From IMG/VR virus record IMGVR_UViG_3300015245_000002, positions 19,745 to 83,744 of that record: a DNA stretch of 64,000 nucleotides; one strand, given 5' to 3'. The notes beneath the pieces are model-generated. The model was not told the origin of the DNA, did no database searches, and worked only from the letters and a program-made list of their open reading frames with translations. This DNA is from a virus. The stretch's first letter is position 1; each line of letters starts with the position of its first letter. A program made the translations under genes and the position numbers. This document shows positions 46,191 to 54,907 of this stretch, piece by piece.

Positions 46191-46433
46191 ATGGCGCGCA
46201 AGGCATTCGATCTGACCCGTGAGGCAGTTGCTTCGACTGCGTTCACGTATGCCGGGGCCACGTACGCCAAGGGCGCGCGGTTTCCGCATCGGGATCTGAG
46301 TATCAGCGATCACGACGTCGCGAACCTGTTCCGGTGCGAGCGGATCGATTTCACGGACAGGGCGTATCAGGCCCCGCCTCCTCCTCCACCGGCCGCGAAG
46401 CAGCAGCAGAACCCGCTCCTCGCCCGGAAGTGA
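46191..46433 (+). CDS. Small head-associated protein
   Basis: F.Y.G..Y..G..FP motif directly after capsid gene. Confidence 0.6.
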   Translation: MARKAFDLTREAVASTAFTYAGATYAKGARFPHRDLSISDHDVANLFRCERIDFTDRAYQAPPPPPPAAKQQQNPLLARK

Positions 46434-46436
46434 CCC

Positions 46437-46913
46437 ATGGCTTCGATGACCGAAGCCATGGCCGAGCTCAGAGCGCAGGTGGCCGACGCCGCCAAGGCGC
46501 TCACGCTCGGCGTTGCGGCTGAGCTCACCGAGGCATGCCCGGTCAAGACTGGGCATGCGCGGCGCAATTTCGTGCCGAGCATATCCGCACCCGGCACCGG
46601 CGAGGATGACGGCGCGGCCCAAACAGCCGGCACCGAGTCCGTGTTGAGCTATCGGATCGGGGACGGTGATCTGTACGTTGTCAACAACGTCCCGTATATC
46701 GGCCAACTGATCCTCGGCAGCTCGATCCAGGCCCCGGCCGGTTGGGATCTGGTCGCGATCGACGCTGCGGTTGCCGATGTGAATCGGCAGTTCGGTGTGT
46801 CGATTGACGTGTCGTCCGCGGGCCAGGCCGCGGATCGTGGTGCGCAGGCCGCGGAGAATCTCGTCGCGGCAGTGGCCGGCGGCAGTGGGTTCGGCCCCAC
46901 AGGTGACGAATGA
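46437..46913 (+). CDS. Neck / tail completion protein (HK97 gp10-like)
   Basis: PVKTG.AR.N, Y..NNVPYI..L..GSS.QAPAGW. Confidence 0.82.
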   Translation: MASMTEAMAELRAQVADAAKALTLGVAAELTEACPVKTGHARRNFVPSISAPGTGEDDGAAQTAGTESVLSYRIGDGDLYVVNNVPYIGQLILGSSIQAPAGWDLVAIDAAVADVNRQFGVSIDVSSAGQAADRGAQAAENLVAAVAGGSGFGPTGDE

Positions 46914-47338
46914 CCGAGTCGCAGATGCGCCAGCTCGTCATGGGCACATTCGCGGCTGGTTGGCGCGCGGCTAGGCCAGATGTACCGCTGTGGCTCGAGA
47001 ACGAAGCGCAGCCGACGGCTGACCTGTTCGTGCGGCTGATCATAACACCGACGACGAGCCAGCAGACAACGATGGGGCAGGTCGGGAACCGGCGGGTGCG
47101 CCGCAACCTGTGGCTCCAGGTGAAGATGTGGGCGGCACAGGATGTCGGCAGCGTTCAGTTGGCCGACCTCGGGGACGCCGCACAGAAGTTGCTGGAGCAG
47201 AAGTCATTCCCGTCCCCGGTCGTGCCCGACGAACCGGTTACGACGTACACCGCGCAGTCGCAGGGTTCGCCGAGTGTTCAGGGCAGATGGATGATGAGCT
47301 TGATGCGGATCCCGGCGTGGTATGCGGAGATGAAGTAG
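46910..47338 (+). CDS. Tail terminator protein
   Basis: W.EN....P....VRL, Q.TMG..G.R..RR; position before tail tube. Confidence 0.75.
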   Translation: MTESQMRQLVMGTFAAGWRAARPDVPLWLENEAQPTADLFVRLIITPTTSQQTTMGQVGNRRVRRNLWLQVKMWAAQDVGSVQLADLGDAAQKLLEQKSFPSPVVPDEPVTTYTAQSQGSPSVQGRWMMSLMRIPAWYAEMK

Positions 47339-47410
47339 AGCGGAGCGCGGTGGAGTCGAACGCCACCTGCGATTTCGCCCCGCACCCCCTCTTCGCCCGA
47401 CGCTGGCCCT

Positions 47411-48946
47411 ATGTCCAGCCTGCCTGTCGCCAAGGCCGAAGCCGCAAATCTGATCGTGGTCAAGGAGACCGCACTGGGCACCCCGGCGGCTGCCGGTGGC
47501 CAGACCCTGCAACCAAACGCCGATGGAATCGGCAACTTTTATCCGCAGATCAAGACGGTCGCGCCGAGCCCGCTCTCGAAGCTGCGGCAGATGGAAGCGC
47601 CGGTCATCGTCGATGTCGACGCCAAGCCGACGCTGACACAGGACTTGACCAAGGATGTTACCGACGCATTCGCTGAGGGCATGATGATGGCCAAGGCGAA
47701 ACACTCGGGCGGCACGGGGGTGGCGTACTTCACGAACAATCTTCCGACGCCGACGGTCACTGCGCGGACCACGACCGCGTACACGGTTTCCGCCGCTGGC
47801 GCGCTCCAGGCCGGCACGCTGGTCGTGCCGCGCGGTTGGATCACGGGCGCAAACGCGACGGCCAACGCGACGCTGCAGGTGGTCGGGGCGAGCTCGACTT
47901 CGACATCGATCCCGGTCGCGGCTGGCGTTGCCGAGACCCCGTCGGGGTACACGGTCACGCTCGAGGTGGCAGGGTTCCGTGGTGCCTCGGGAGACATTCA
48001 ATTGAACGGATCAGGGAACCTGATCTCGACCGCAGCTGACTTCACGACGATGGGCCTGAACGTTGGCCAAGTGATCTATGTCGGCGGCACCATCGGATCC
48101 GGCCACGACTTCGCAACCGCGGCATATCGTGGCTTCGCCAAGATCACCGCAATTGCAGCCGCGCTGCTCACGCTCGAGCGGCGGCAGTGGACGGTCGCCA
48201 GCGCCGATACCGGAAGTGGCAAGACGATCGATCTGTACTGGGGTCGCTGGCTTCGCACCGTCGCGTTTACTGACGCGGACTATCTCGAGACGAGCTACAA
48301 CATGGAGCTCGCGTATCTCAAGCTGTCAGCCGGCACGACCGACGAGTACGTGTACTCGAACGGGAACTACATCGATCAGGTCAAGATCAACTCGCCGGCG
48401 CAGAACCTACCGACGGTCGAGTACAGCTTCCTGGGCACCACGATCGCGGATCCAACCACGACCCGCGCCACCTACGGCGGCGTCGCCGCGAGCCCGCTCG
48501 GGATCGATCGCTACAACACCGTGACCCGCGAGCCGTACCTGTCCCTGCGCAAGAAATCAGACGAGTCGGTGGTCAGTGACGACATCGAGACATGGGCGCT
48601 GACCTACATGAACCACGTCTCTGCGCAGAAGCAGCAGGGGACGCAGGGCACCAAGCGCGTGATCGTTGGCAAGGCCGAGGTCGGGCTGTCGGTGACCGCC
48701 GCGGCGACCAGCGACGCCGCGATGATCGCGTGCTCGCAAAACACCACGCTGACTTTCGGCGCTGGGTTCAACAGCAGCGACGGCGGGATCTTCTTCGACG
48801 TGCCGAGCGTGAAGTGCACCAATGCACCTCCGAAGTTCCCGGCGAACAGCCAGGTCATGCTCGATCTGACCGCCGCGGGGTTTCGCGATTCGGTCGGCAA
48901 CTACACGCTTGCGGTGTCGCTGTTTCCGTACTTGCCGGTGGTGTGA
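47411..48946 (+). CDS. Major tail tube protein with inserted beta domain
   Basis: ET..GTP N-terminus, SY..E..Y, F..P.V C-terminus; position before chaperones. Confidence 0.82.
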   Translation: MSSLPVAKAEAANLIVVKETALGTPAAAGGQTLQPNADGIGNFYPQIKTVAPSPLSKLRQMEAPVIVDVDAKPTLTQDLTKDVTDAFAEGMMMAKAKHSGGTGVAYFTNNLPTPTVTARTTTAYTVSAAGALQAGTLVVPRGWITGANATANATLQVVGASSTSTSIPVAAGVAETPSGYTVTLEVAGFRGASGDIQLNGSGNLISTAADFTTMGLNVGQVIYVGGTIGSGHDFATAAYRGFAKITAIAAALLTLERRQWTVASADTGSGKTIDLYWGRWLRTVAFTDADYLETSYNMELAYLKLSAGTTDEYVYSNGNYIDQVKINSPAQNLPTVEYSFLGTTIADPTTTRATYGGVAASPLGIDRYNTVTREPYLSLRKKSDESVVSDDIETWALTYMNHVSAQKQQGTQGTKRVIVGKAEVGLSVTAAATSDAAMIACSQNTTLTFGAGFNSSDGGIFFDVPSVKCTNAPPKFPANSQVMLDLTAAGFRDSVGNYTLAVSLFPYLPVV

Positions 48947-48996
48947 GCGCGCGTGGGCAATCGCCCCGCTCGTGCCGCGGCGCGACGCTGAGATGC

Positions 48997-49431
48997 ATGA
49001 CGGACTTCGGACTCGATCGCTACGACCTGTCTCGGATCACTCGGCGCATCCCGCTGCCGGAGATCTCACCGGATCCGGCCAAGCCGTTCACGCTGATCGT
49101 GTGCAGCGCGAGCAACGGGAACCGCGGTTACCGAAACGCGTTGTTCAAGCGCAGCAAGCAAGACGACGCAGTGACAGATCCACTGGTCAGAGACGAAGCG
49201 GCGCTCGCAGAGCTTGCTCAGGACCTCGCCGGAACGGTGATCGTGGGCTGGGAGAATGTGTTCGAGGACGGCAAGCCGCTGGCGTTCAGCGCCGAAGCAG
49301 CGAACCGCCTCGTCGTTGAGCTCCTGACGCGCGTCCGCGATGTTTGGAACGCCCGCGTGGCTCCGGTGATCTGGTCCGATCCCGGCAGCTTTCGCACCGC
49401 GCCGGATCCGGTCGAACTGGGAAAAGAGTAG
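48997..49431 (+). CDS. Tail assembly chaperone (gpG-like)
   Basis: A.TVIVGWENV...G....FS.E.A; ends at slippery site. Confidence 0.82.
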   Translation: MTDFGLDRYDLSRITRRIPLPEISPDPAKPFTLIVCSASNGNRGYRNALFKRSKQDDAVTDPLVRDEAALAELAQDLAGTVIVGWENVFEDGKPLAFSAEAANRLVVELLTRVRDVWNARVAPVIWSDPGSFRTAPDPVELGKE

Positions 49432-49829
49432 CGGCGTGGCTCGCCTGGCAGGCCAGCACCGCCGCATCGATACAGGGCTTTGAGCGCGAGATCGAGCGAA
49501 CTACCACGTCGGTCGGCGCTCGGGCACAGGCCGAGCAACAGCTCGCCCGGATCCGCGGGACCGAGCCGCCGCGGGACTACGCGGCCCATACCTGTCTCCG
49601 GGCCTGGGGCGACCTCGGCACGTGCAGGCAGATCGGCATGGCTGTCGGCGAGATCCCGTGGACCGCGATCGAGCGGTGGGCCGAGGTTGAGTTTGGAGAC
49701 GATCGCGAAGCCAAGTTGGTTCTGATCACTGTCATCCGTCGGCTCGACGTCGATTTTATCTCAGCGATGAGAGCGGAGCAGCAGAAGGACAAAACGCTCG
49801 GAGCGAACCGAGCCCGAGGGCGCACATGA
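49419..49829 (+). other. Programmed -1 frameshift (G GGA AAA) giving gpGT-like extended chaperone
   Basis: GGGAAAA at 49419-49425 just before TAG; -1 frame open to 49829 with W.DL.TCR..GM..G.IPW.AI..W motif. Confidence 0.85.
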
Positions 49830-52800
49830 GCATCGATCTAGTGGTCAAAATCGACACGAGTCAGGCCGTTCCGGCTGTCGACAAGCTCGACGACGGGCTG
49901 CAGGGCGTTGCCACGAGCGCGACCAAAGCAGGTGCAGCCGGCAAGGCTGCGGGCAAGGATATCGCCGACGGCATGGGCACGGCTTCGTCCGGCACGAAGA
50001 AAACCGGAGACGAGTTCGAGGCGCTGGCGAATCGTCAGCGTTCGATGCTCGAGCGAATCAAGGCGCCATGGCGCGAGTATTCCGCCGACATCAATTCGGC
50101 GATGACGCTGCTCCGCCAGGGCAAGATCACGACCGAGGAGTACGGGACGGAACTGGCCAGACTGCAGTCCAAGCGCGACGCGTTCGTTCGAGGCAGCATG
50201 ACGCCGGAGCTCCAGCGCGAAGCCGCGGCCCTCGAGCGCATCAACGCACCAATGCGCGAGTACGAGGCCAACGTCGCAGCGCTGAACTCATTGCTACAGA
50301 AGGGCGAGATCGAACTCGGCGTGTACAACCGCGAGCTCGAGCGGGTGCAGGACAAGCAGAGCAAGGGGCTGGGTCCGGTCCTGGGTCCGGTCCAGCAGCA
50401 GGCCGGAGGCGGGGGCACCGAAGGCGAACGTGGTATCGGTGCACAGATCGGTGGCGTGCTCGCGGGTCAGCTTGGTCCAGCTGGATCTATCGTCAATAGT
50501 GTTACCGAAGGGGGCGCATTGATGTTCGCCGGGATCACGGCTGGCGCCATTGCGCTCGGCCGCGAACTCATGAACCTAAGTGACGGATGGTCACTGCTAC
50601 AGAACCGGGTCATGCGGTTCACTGAGGACGGCCACTCGGCTAACGAGATCCTTGCGAATCAGGCAGTTTTGTCAGGGGAGCTCCATGCGTCACTGGAGAG
50701 CACCGTAGGCTTGTATACCAAGTTTCGCGAGGTCACGTACGAACTCAACCTCGGCCAGGCGAGGCAAGCTGTCTTGACCAAGGAGATTGGCGAAGCAGTC
50801 GTCGGATCCGGCGGTAGTGTAGAAGAGGCAACCGGACTTGTTCAGCGTCTTAGTCTGGCGTTTTCGTCGGGAGCGGTACAGCAACGCGAACTGCGCAGCG
50901 TGATGAAAGAGTTCCCTGAGATCGCAACAGGCTTTACCGAAGCAACCGGCAAAAGTCGCCAAGAACTGCTAGCGCTGGCGAGTAAGGGCGAACTCGCATC
51001 GGAAACTCTTCTCGGTACTTTTGACAATATGTCCCAAAAGATGGGGCAGCGGGTTGGGAAGCTGAACCGAACATGGTCTGAGATGTTCGGCCACTTCGCC
51101 GACGAGGCCAAGATCGCATTCTCGGACGCCACCGAGGCGGCCGGGAAGTTTCTGGCCGGTCCCGTGATGGCGAAGCAGATTACCGATTTCGAGACTTCTT
51201 ACCGACTACTCCAGCGTCAAGCCGAGGTCGAACGCCGAATCAGTCAGGAACGAGAGCGCGTTTCCCGTCTCGCGCCTGTCGCTGAGGCCGGCAATGCACT
51301 CGGTATCAACATCGGTGCATTCTCCTCGGAGCAAGTCAACGCACTGGACGCTGTGCGGATCCGGATGAGCGAAGTTGGGATCGTCATCGCAGACTCCTTC
51401 AAGGATGCGCGCAGCCGAGCCACACTATACGCTACCAAGATTGACGAGATCAAAGACTCCAAGGCAGCGGAAGAAATTGCAGCTGACGCGAAGCGAATCT
51501 ACGAGGCGATGTACGGCGCAGATACCGCCGTGCGCGATCAGACGAGACATTGGGCGGAGCTTTCCGATCAGGTCAGGCTAACCGCTGGAGTCGTCGACAA
51601 GTTGAATTTTAAATCAGGCATACTTGGCGGCGTCGGGGATGCATTCAAATTCGGTGGTCTCCCGCCGGAGCAGCTCGCGCAGATGCGCCGTGACGCTGCA
51701 CTGCAGGCGGCTGATGCAAAGACAGCAGTCGACGATCATCGGTACGGCGCCAGCACGGTCACCTACGCGCAGGATCTCAATAAGGCGAAGACAGAACTTG
51801 AGGCGCTCAATCGAGCCCACCGTGATGGCGTGGTAACCGGCGAAGCGTTCCGTACTAAATACGACTCGCTCATGACCACGATCAACGACGGGCTCCTTCC
51901 GTCTATGATCAAGCTTCGAGAGGAGATCAACCTCCCGATGCGGCAGTTCGCCCTGGACACGGCTGCTGCTAACGCGCTGCTGAAAGACGGGACGTATACG
52001 CTGCAGCAGTACCAGATCGAGATGCAAAAGCTGGCCGACACCGCCGGCCAGGGCGCATCGTGGAAGGAGCGGCAAGGGATCCAGGATCTGCTCGATGGTC
52101 GACAGGCGACTGTGGGCAAGTACCTTCACGGATTCAACCCGGCACAGGAGTCGCGGATCGACGCAATCGACAAGTCCAGTGGGGCGCCGATCGACGACTA
52201 CATAAAGCGCCTGAACGACATCAACGCGGCGACCGCGAAGCTTAAGTTGAGCACCGAGGTCGTGGCGACGCTGCAGGATCAGGCGCGGGAGCAGTTCGAC
52301 TCCTCGGCTGCAGCGGTGACCCGCGCGACCGTTGCCATCGCAGGATACAGGGAGCGGCTGGCTCAACTGGGCGCCCAACACAGCCAAGGCGCGCTCAGTG
52401 ACGAGCAGTACCAGAGCTCCGTCGCTGCGCTCGATCGCGAGCGCGCGATCCTCGCCGAGTACGCACAGCCGGCCGCGAACTACAAGCGGGCGCTTGAGGA
52501 CATCGCCGGGGCCCAGAAGGATCTCGGGCTGACCGAAGACAGCGCCTCGGTCCGTCGCCGCAAGGCCAAGGACGACTACAATGCGGCGACAGAGGCGCTG
52601 CAGAAGCAGAAGGGGCCGCTACAGGAGTACGAGGCGGCGTTGAGGAAGATCAACACCGCCGAGCGCGATCAGGAAGTCAGCGAGAGCAAGGCTGAGACGC
52701 AGCGAGAGAAAGCTCGCATCACCTATCTGCAGGCGACCGAGGCCGGTGAGACCTTCGCCGGATCCTTCGAGATCCAGATCCGTCAGTTGAACGAATCCAC

Positions 52801-53359
52801 GAAGGAGTTCGGCGCGACGTTCGCGAAACTTGCCGTCGACGACATTGGCAAGTTCTCGGACGCGCTCGTCGATGCGGCGAACGGCGGCAAGATCTCGTTC
52901 TCATCGCTGGCGAGCTCGATGCTGTCTGACCTCGAAAAAATCGCCGCGCGCGCGCTCGAGGTGAAGGCGATCACGTCGCTGTTTGGAGCGATCGGGGGCG
53001 GTAGCGGAGGCGCGGAGGCCGACGCATTCAGCACGGCCACGAGCTGGCTCCCTGGTTTCGCCACCGGCGGCTCATGGACCGTCGGCGGTTCCGGATCTGG
53101 CGATACCCAACTCCAGATGTTCCGGGCCACGCCCGGCGAGCAGGTCACGGTCACCCCGGCCAGTGCTTATGTGAGCGGGGGCGCTGGCGGATCGCAACCG
53201 ACTGCGCGGACCGCGCAGCCGGTGATCCACATCCACAATCACATCGATCCTGCGACGACGATCGCTGCGCTCGACAGTCGCCAGGGCAGTAAAACCGTGG
53301 TCAACCAGATGCGCGCGAACCGTGGCGCGGTGCGGAGCTTCCTCGGGATCAGGGGGTGA
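49826..53359 (+). CDS. Tape measure protein
   Basis: 1177 aa helical; tape-measure domain (Y.K.....ELRSVM.E.P.IA), C-terminal FATGG...GG..GD.......TPGE.V.V.P. Confidence 0.93.
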   Translation: MSIDLVVKIDTSQAVPAVDKLDDGLQGVATSATKAGAAGKAAGKDIADGMGTASSGTKKTGDEFEALANRQRSMLERIKAPWREYSADINSAMTLLRQGKITTEEYGTELARLQSKRDAFVRGSMTPELQREAAALERINAPMREYEANVAALNSLLQKGEIELGVYNRELERVQDKQSKGLGPVLGPVQQQAGGGGTEGERGIGAQIGGVLAGQLGPAGSIVNSVTEGGALMFAGITAGAIALGRELMNLSDGWSLLQNRVMRFTEDGHSANEILANQAVLSGELHASLESTVGLYTKFREVTYELNLGQARQAVLTKEIGEAVVGSGGSVEEATGLVQRLSLAFSSGAVQQRELRSVMKEFPEIATGFTEATGKSRQELLALASKGELASETLLGTFDNMSQKMGQRVGKLNRTWSEMFGHFADEAKIAFSDATEAAGKFLAGPVMAKQITDFETSYRLLQRQAEVERRISQERERVSRLAPVAEAGNALGINIGAFSSEQVNALDAVRIRMSEVGIVIADSFKDARSRATLYATKIDEIKDSKAAEEIAADAKRIYEAMYGADTAVRDQTRHWAELSDQVRLTAGVVDKLNFKSGILGGVGDAFKFGGLPPEQLAQMRRDAALQAADAKTAVDDHRYGASTVTYAQDLNKAKTELEALNRAHRDGVVTGEAFRTKYDSLMTTINDGLLPSMIKLREEINLPMRQFALDTAAANALLKDGTYTLQQYQIEMQKLADTAGQGASWKERQGIQDLLDGRQATVGKYLHGFNPAQESRIDAIDKSSGAPIDDYIKRLNDINAATAKLKLSTEVVATLQDQAREQFDSSAAAVTRATVAIAGYRERLAQLGAQHSQGALSDEQYQSSVAALDRERAILAEYAQPAANYKRALEDIAGAQKDLGLTEDSASVRRRKAKDDYNAATEALQKQKGPLQEYEAALRKINTAERDQEVSESKAETQREKARITYLQATEAGETFAGSFEIQIRQLNESTKEFGATFAKLAVDDIGKFSDALVDAANGGKISFSSLASSMLSDLEKIAARALEVKAITSLFGAIGGGSGGAEADAFSTATSWLPGFATGGSWTVGGSGSGDTQLQMFRATPGEQVTVTPASAYVSGGAGGSQPTARTAQPVIHIHNHIDPATTIAALDSRQGSKTVVNQMRANRGAVRSFLGIRG

Positions 53360-53360
53360 T

Positions 53361-53771
53361 CTACTCTGATCCGACGCACTCGAAGAAGTGCGCGGAGACC
53401 GTCTCCGATGTCGGAGAGGTGAGCATGCAGCAGCCGAGATGACCGCCCGTACTGTCGTTCGCAACGAACGTTGCGCCACAGGCTACGGACGGACCGATCG
53501 GATTGTTCGAGGCGTCGTGGTCCCGTGCGGCGGGACACGCCGGGAGATCGTCACAGGGTCGGCCGAACTTGCGCCCGTTCGGCGTGCAGTCTGGCATTTG
53601 GATGCACGCTGACGCGCACGCGGTTACGACTGCAGAACCCGCCGCAGTTGACCAGCCCTGATCGCAGCCGGTAAGCAGCATGTCGTGGACCGGCTGCGGC
53701 GTTGCGACGTCGGGAGGGGCGGATGGCTCCGAGGTGCAGCCGGCCAAGATCAGGATCAAAAGAAGCTTCAT
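53361..53771 (-). CDS. Cys-rich lipoprotein (antisense moron)
   Basis: MKLLLILILAGC lipobox; 10 further Cys; own promoter TTCCAC-17-TACGCT-6-ATG. Confidence 0.75.
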   Translation of the reverse strand: MKLLLILILAGCTSEPSAPPDVATPQPVHDMLLTGCDQGWSTAAGSAVVTACASACIQMPDCTPNGRKFGRPCDDLPACPAARDHDASNNPIGPSVACGATFVANDSTGGHLGCCMLTSPTSETVSAHFFECVGSE

Positions 53772-53856
53772 GCGCGGAGCGTAACCATGTTCAGGGCTGG
53801 GTGGAAGAGGCGGGGGTGATTTGGACCCATGCGCGTCCGGTAAGCGAGCGTAAGCC

Positions 53857-54309
53857 ATGGCCAATTACGGCGCAGAGATCACGAAGGGTACCACGAGCAC
53901 ATCGGTCGGTATCGCCTCGCTCGAGGCCCCCGCATCGAGCATGCGCAGGATCAAACTGTACGATGTGTGGCTAGGCTCCGATGCCGGTACGCTCGGAACT
54001 AGCGATTTTCGTTTCGAATTTACACGATCGACAACGGCAAGCACCGGAACCTCGGTGACCCCGTCGCTGCTCGATCTGGCCGATGTGGCGTGTGTCGCCT
54101 TGGTCAAGACGAACCTCACCGTCGAGGGAACCACTGCCGGGCTCATCCCCAAGGCTGTCGCGATGTCGGAGCAAAACACGGTGCGGTGGGTCGCGAATCC
54201 AGGCAGTGAACTCGTGATTCCAGCCGTCGCATCGGCCGGGATCATTCTCCGCACGCCCGTCGTCGGCAACACCGTCGGTTTCGCTGGAACCTTCGAATTC
54301 TCGGAGTAA
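53857..54309 (+). CDS. Putative virion structural protein
   Basis: Beta-rich 150 aa ending FEFSE, in tail module. Confidence 0.6.
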   Translation: MANYGAEITKGTTSTSVGIASLEAPASSMRRIKLYDVWLGSDAGTLGTSDFRFEFTRSTTASTGTSVTPSLLDLADVACVALVKTNLTVEGTTAGLIPKAVAMSEQNTVRWVANPGSELVIPAVASAGIILRTPVVGNTVGFAGTFEFSE

Positions 54310-54638
54310 TGCCCATGATGCTCAATGATGACCACTACGATCATGCTGGTCTGCGTGCCGAAGTTCTCGCGGTCCTCGACGCGCAGATCGCGCAGAACCC
54401 AACCCATCACCTGACCGGGGCGCTCATGTCCGCCAGGGAGCAGGTCGCTGCGATGACCGCAGATCACGCTGGCGTGTCGATCAAGCTCAGCGAGCATGTG
54501 TGGCCCCAGGAGCCTGGCACCACGGTCGCCATTTCATGCTCCGAGTTCCCGGCATGGGTGCAGATCCGAACGCCGGCGAAACGCAAGCCGTACGTGCATC
54601 CGGTACCGCCGATGAACATCGGAAACTCGAAGACTTGA
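54309..54638 (+). CDS. Hypothetical protein
   Basis: 109 aa, TAATG coupling. Confidence 0.55.
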   Translation: MPMMLNDDHYDHAGLRAEVLAVLDAQIAQNPTHHLTGALMSAREQVAAMTADHAGVSIKLSEHVWPQEPGTTVAISCSEFPAWVQIRTPAKRKPYVHPVPPMNIGNSKT

Positions 54639-54640
54639 TC

Positions 54641-54904
54641 ATGCGGCGTGCGCGCGCGGAGCAAGGCGTGCTGATCACGACGTGCGGCAGTCAGCACGTG
54701 GAGCAATCGACGATCACGTGCTGTCACTGCGGGTCGCTGACGATTATCCCAGTTCGGGCATCCGCCGACGAATGCGGCGGGTTCTGTCGTCGGTGTATGC
54801 GGCAGACCTGCGCGGCATGTGCGGACCAGGGCTGCACACCATTCGAACGACGACTGGAGAAGGCAGAGGCTCGCGGCCGACTTCTGGCCAGCATGGGGTT
54901 GTAG
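54641..54904 (+). CDS. Small Cys-rich Zn-finger protein
   Basis: TCCHCG, CGGFCRRCM..CAAC...C.PFE..LE..E. Confidence 0.6.
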   Translation: MRRARAEQGVLITTCGSQHVEQSTITCCHCGSLTIIPVRASADECGGFCRRCMRQTCAACADQGCTPFERRLEKAEARGRLLASMGL

Positions 54905-54907
54905 ATC

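Noticed and set aside
42065-48001. Long minus-strand ORFs (e.g. 42065..43456, 45224..46270)
   Set aside because: Antisense shadows of protease, capsid and tail genes with no motifs.
49419-49431. Tail chaperone -1 frameshift as a novelty
   Set aside because: Real but standard for long-tailed phages (lambda G/GT).
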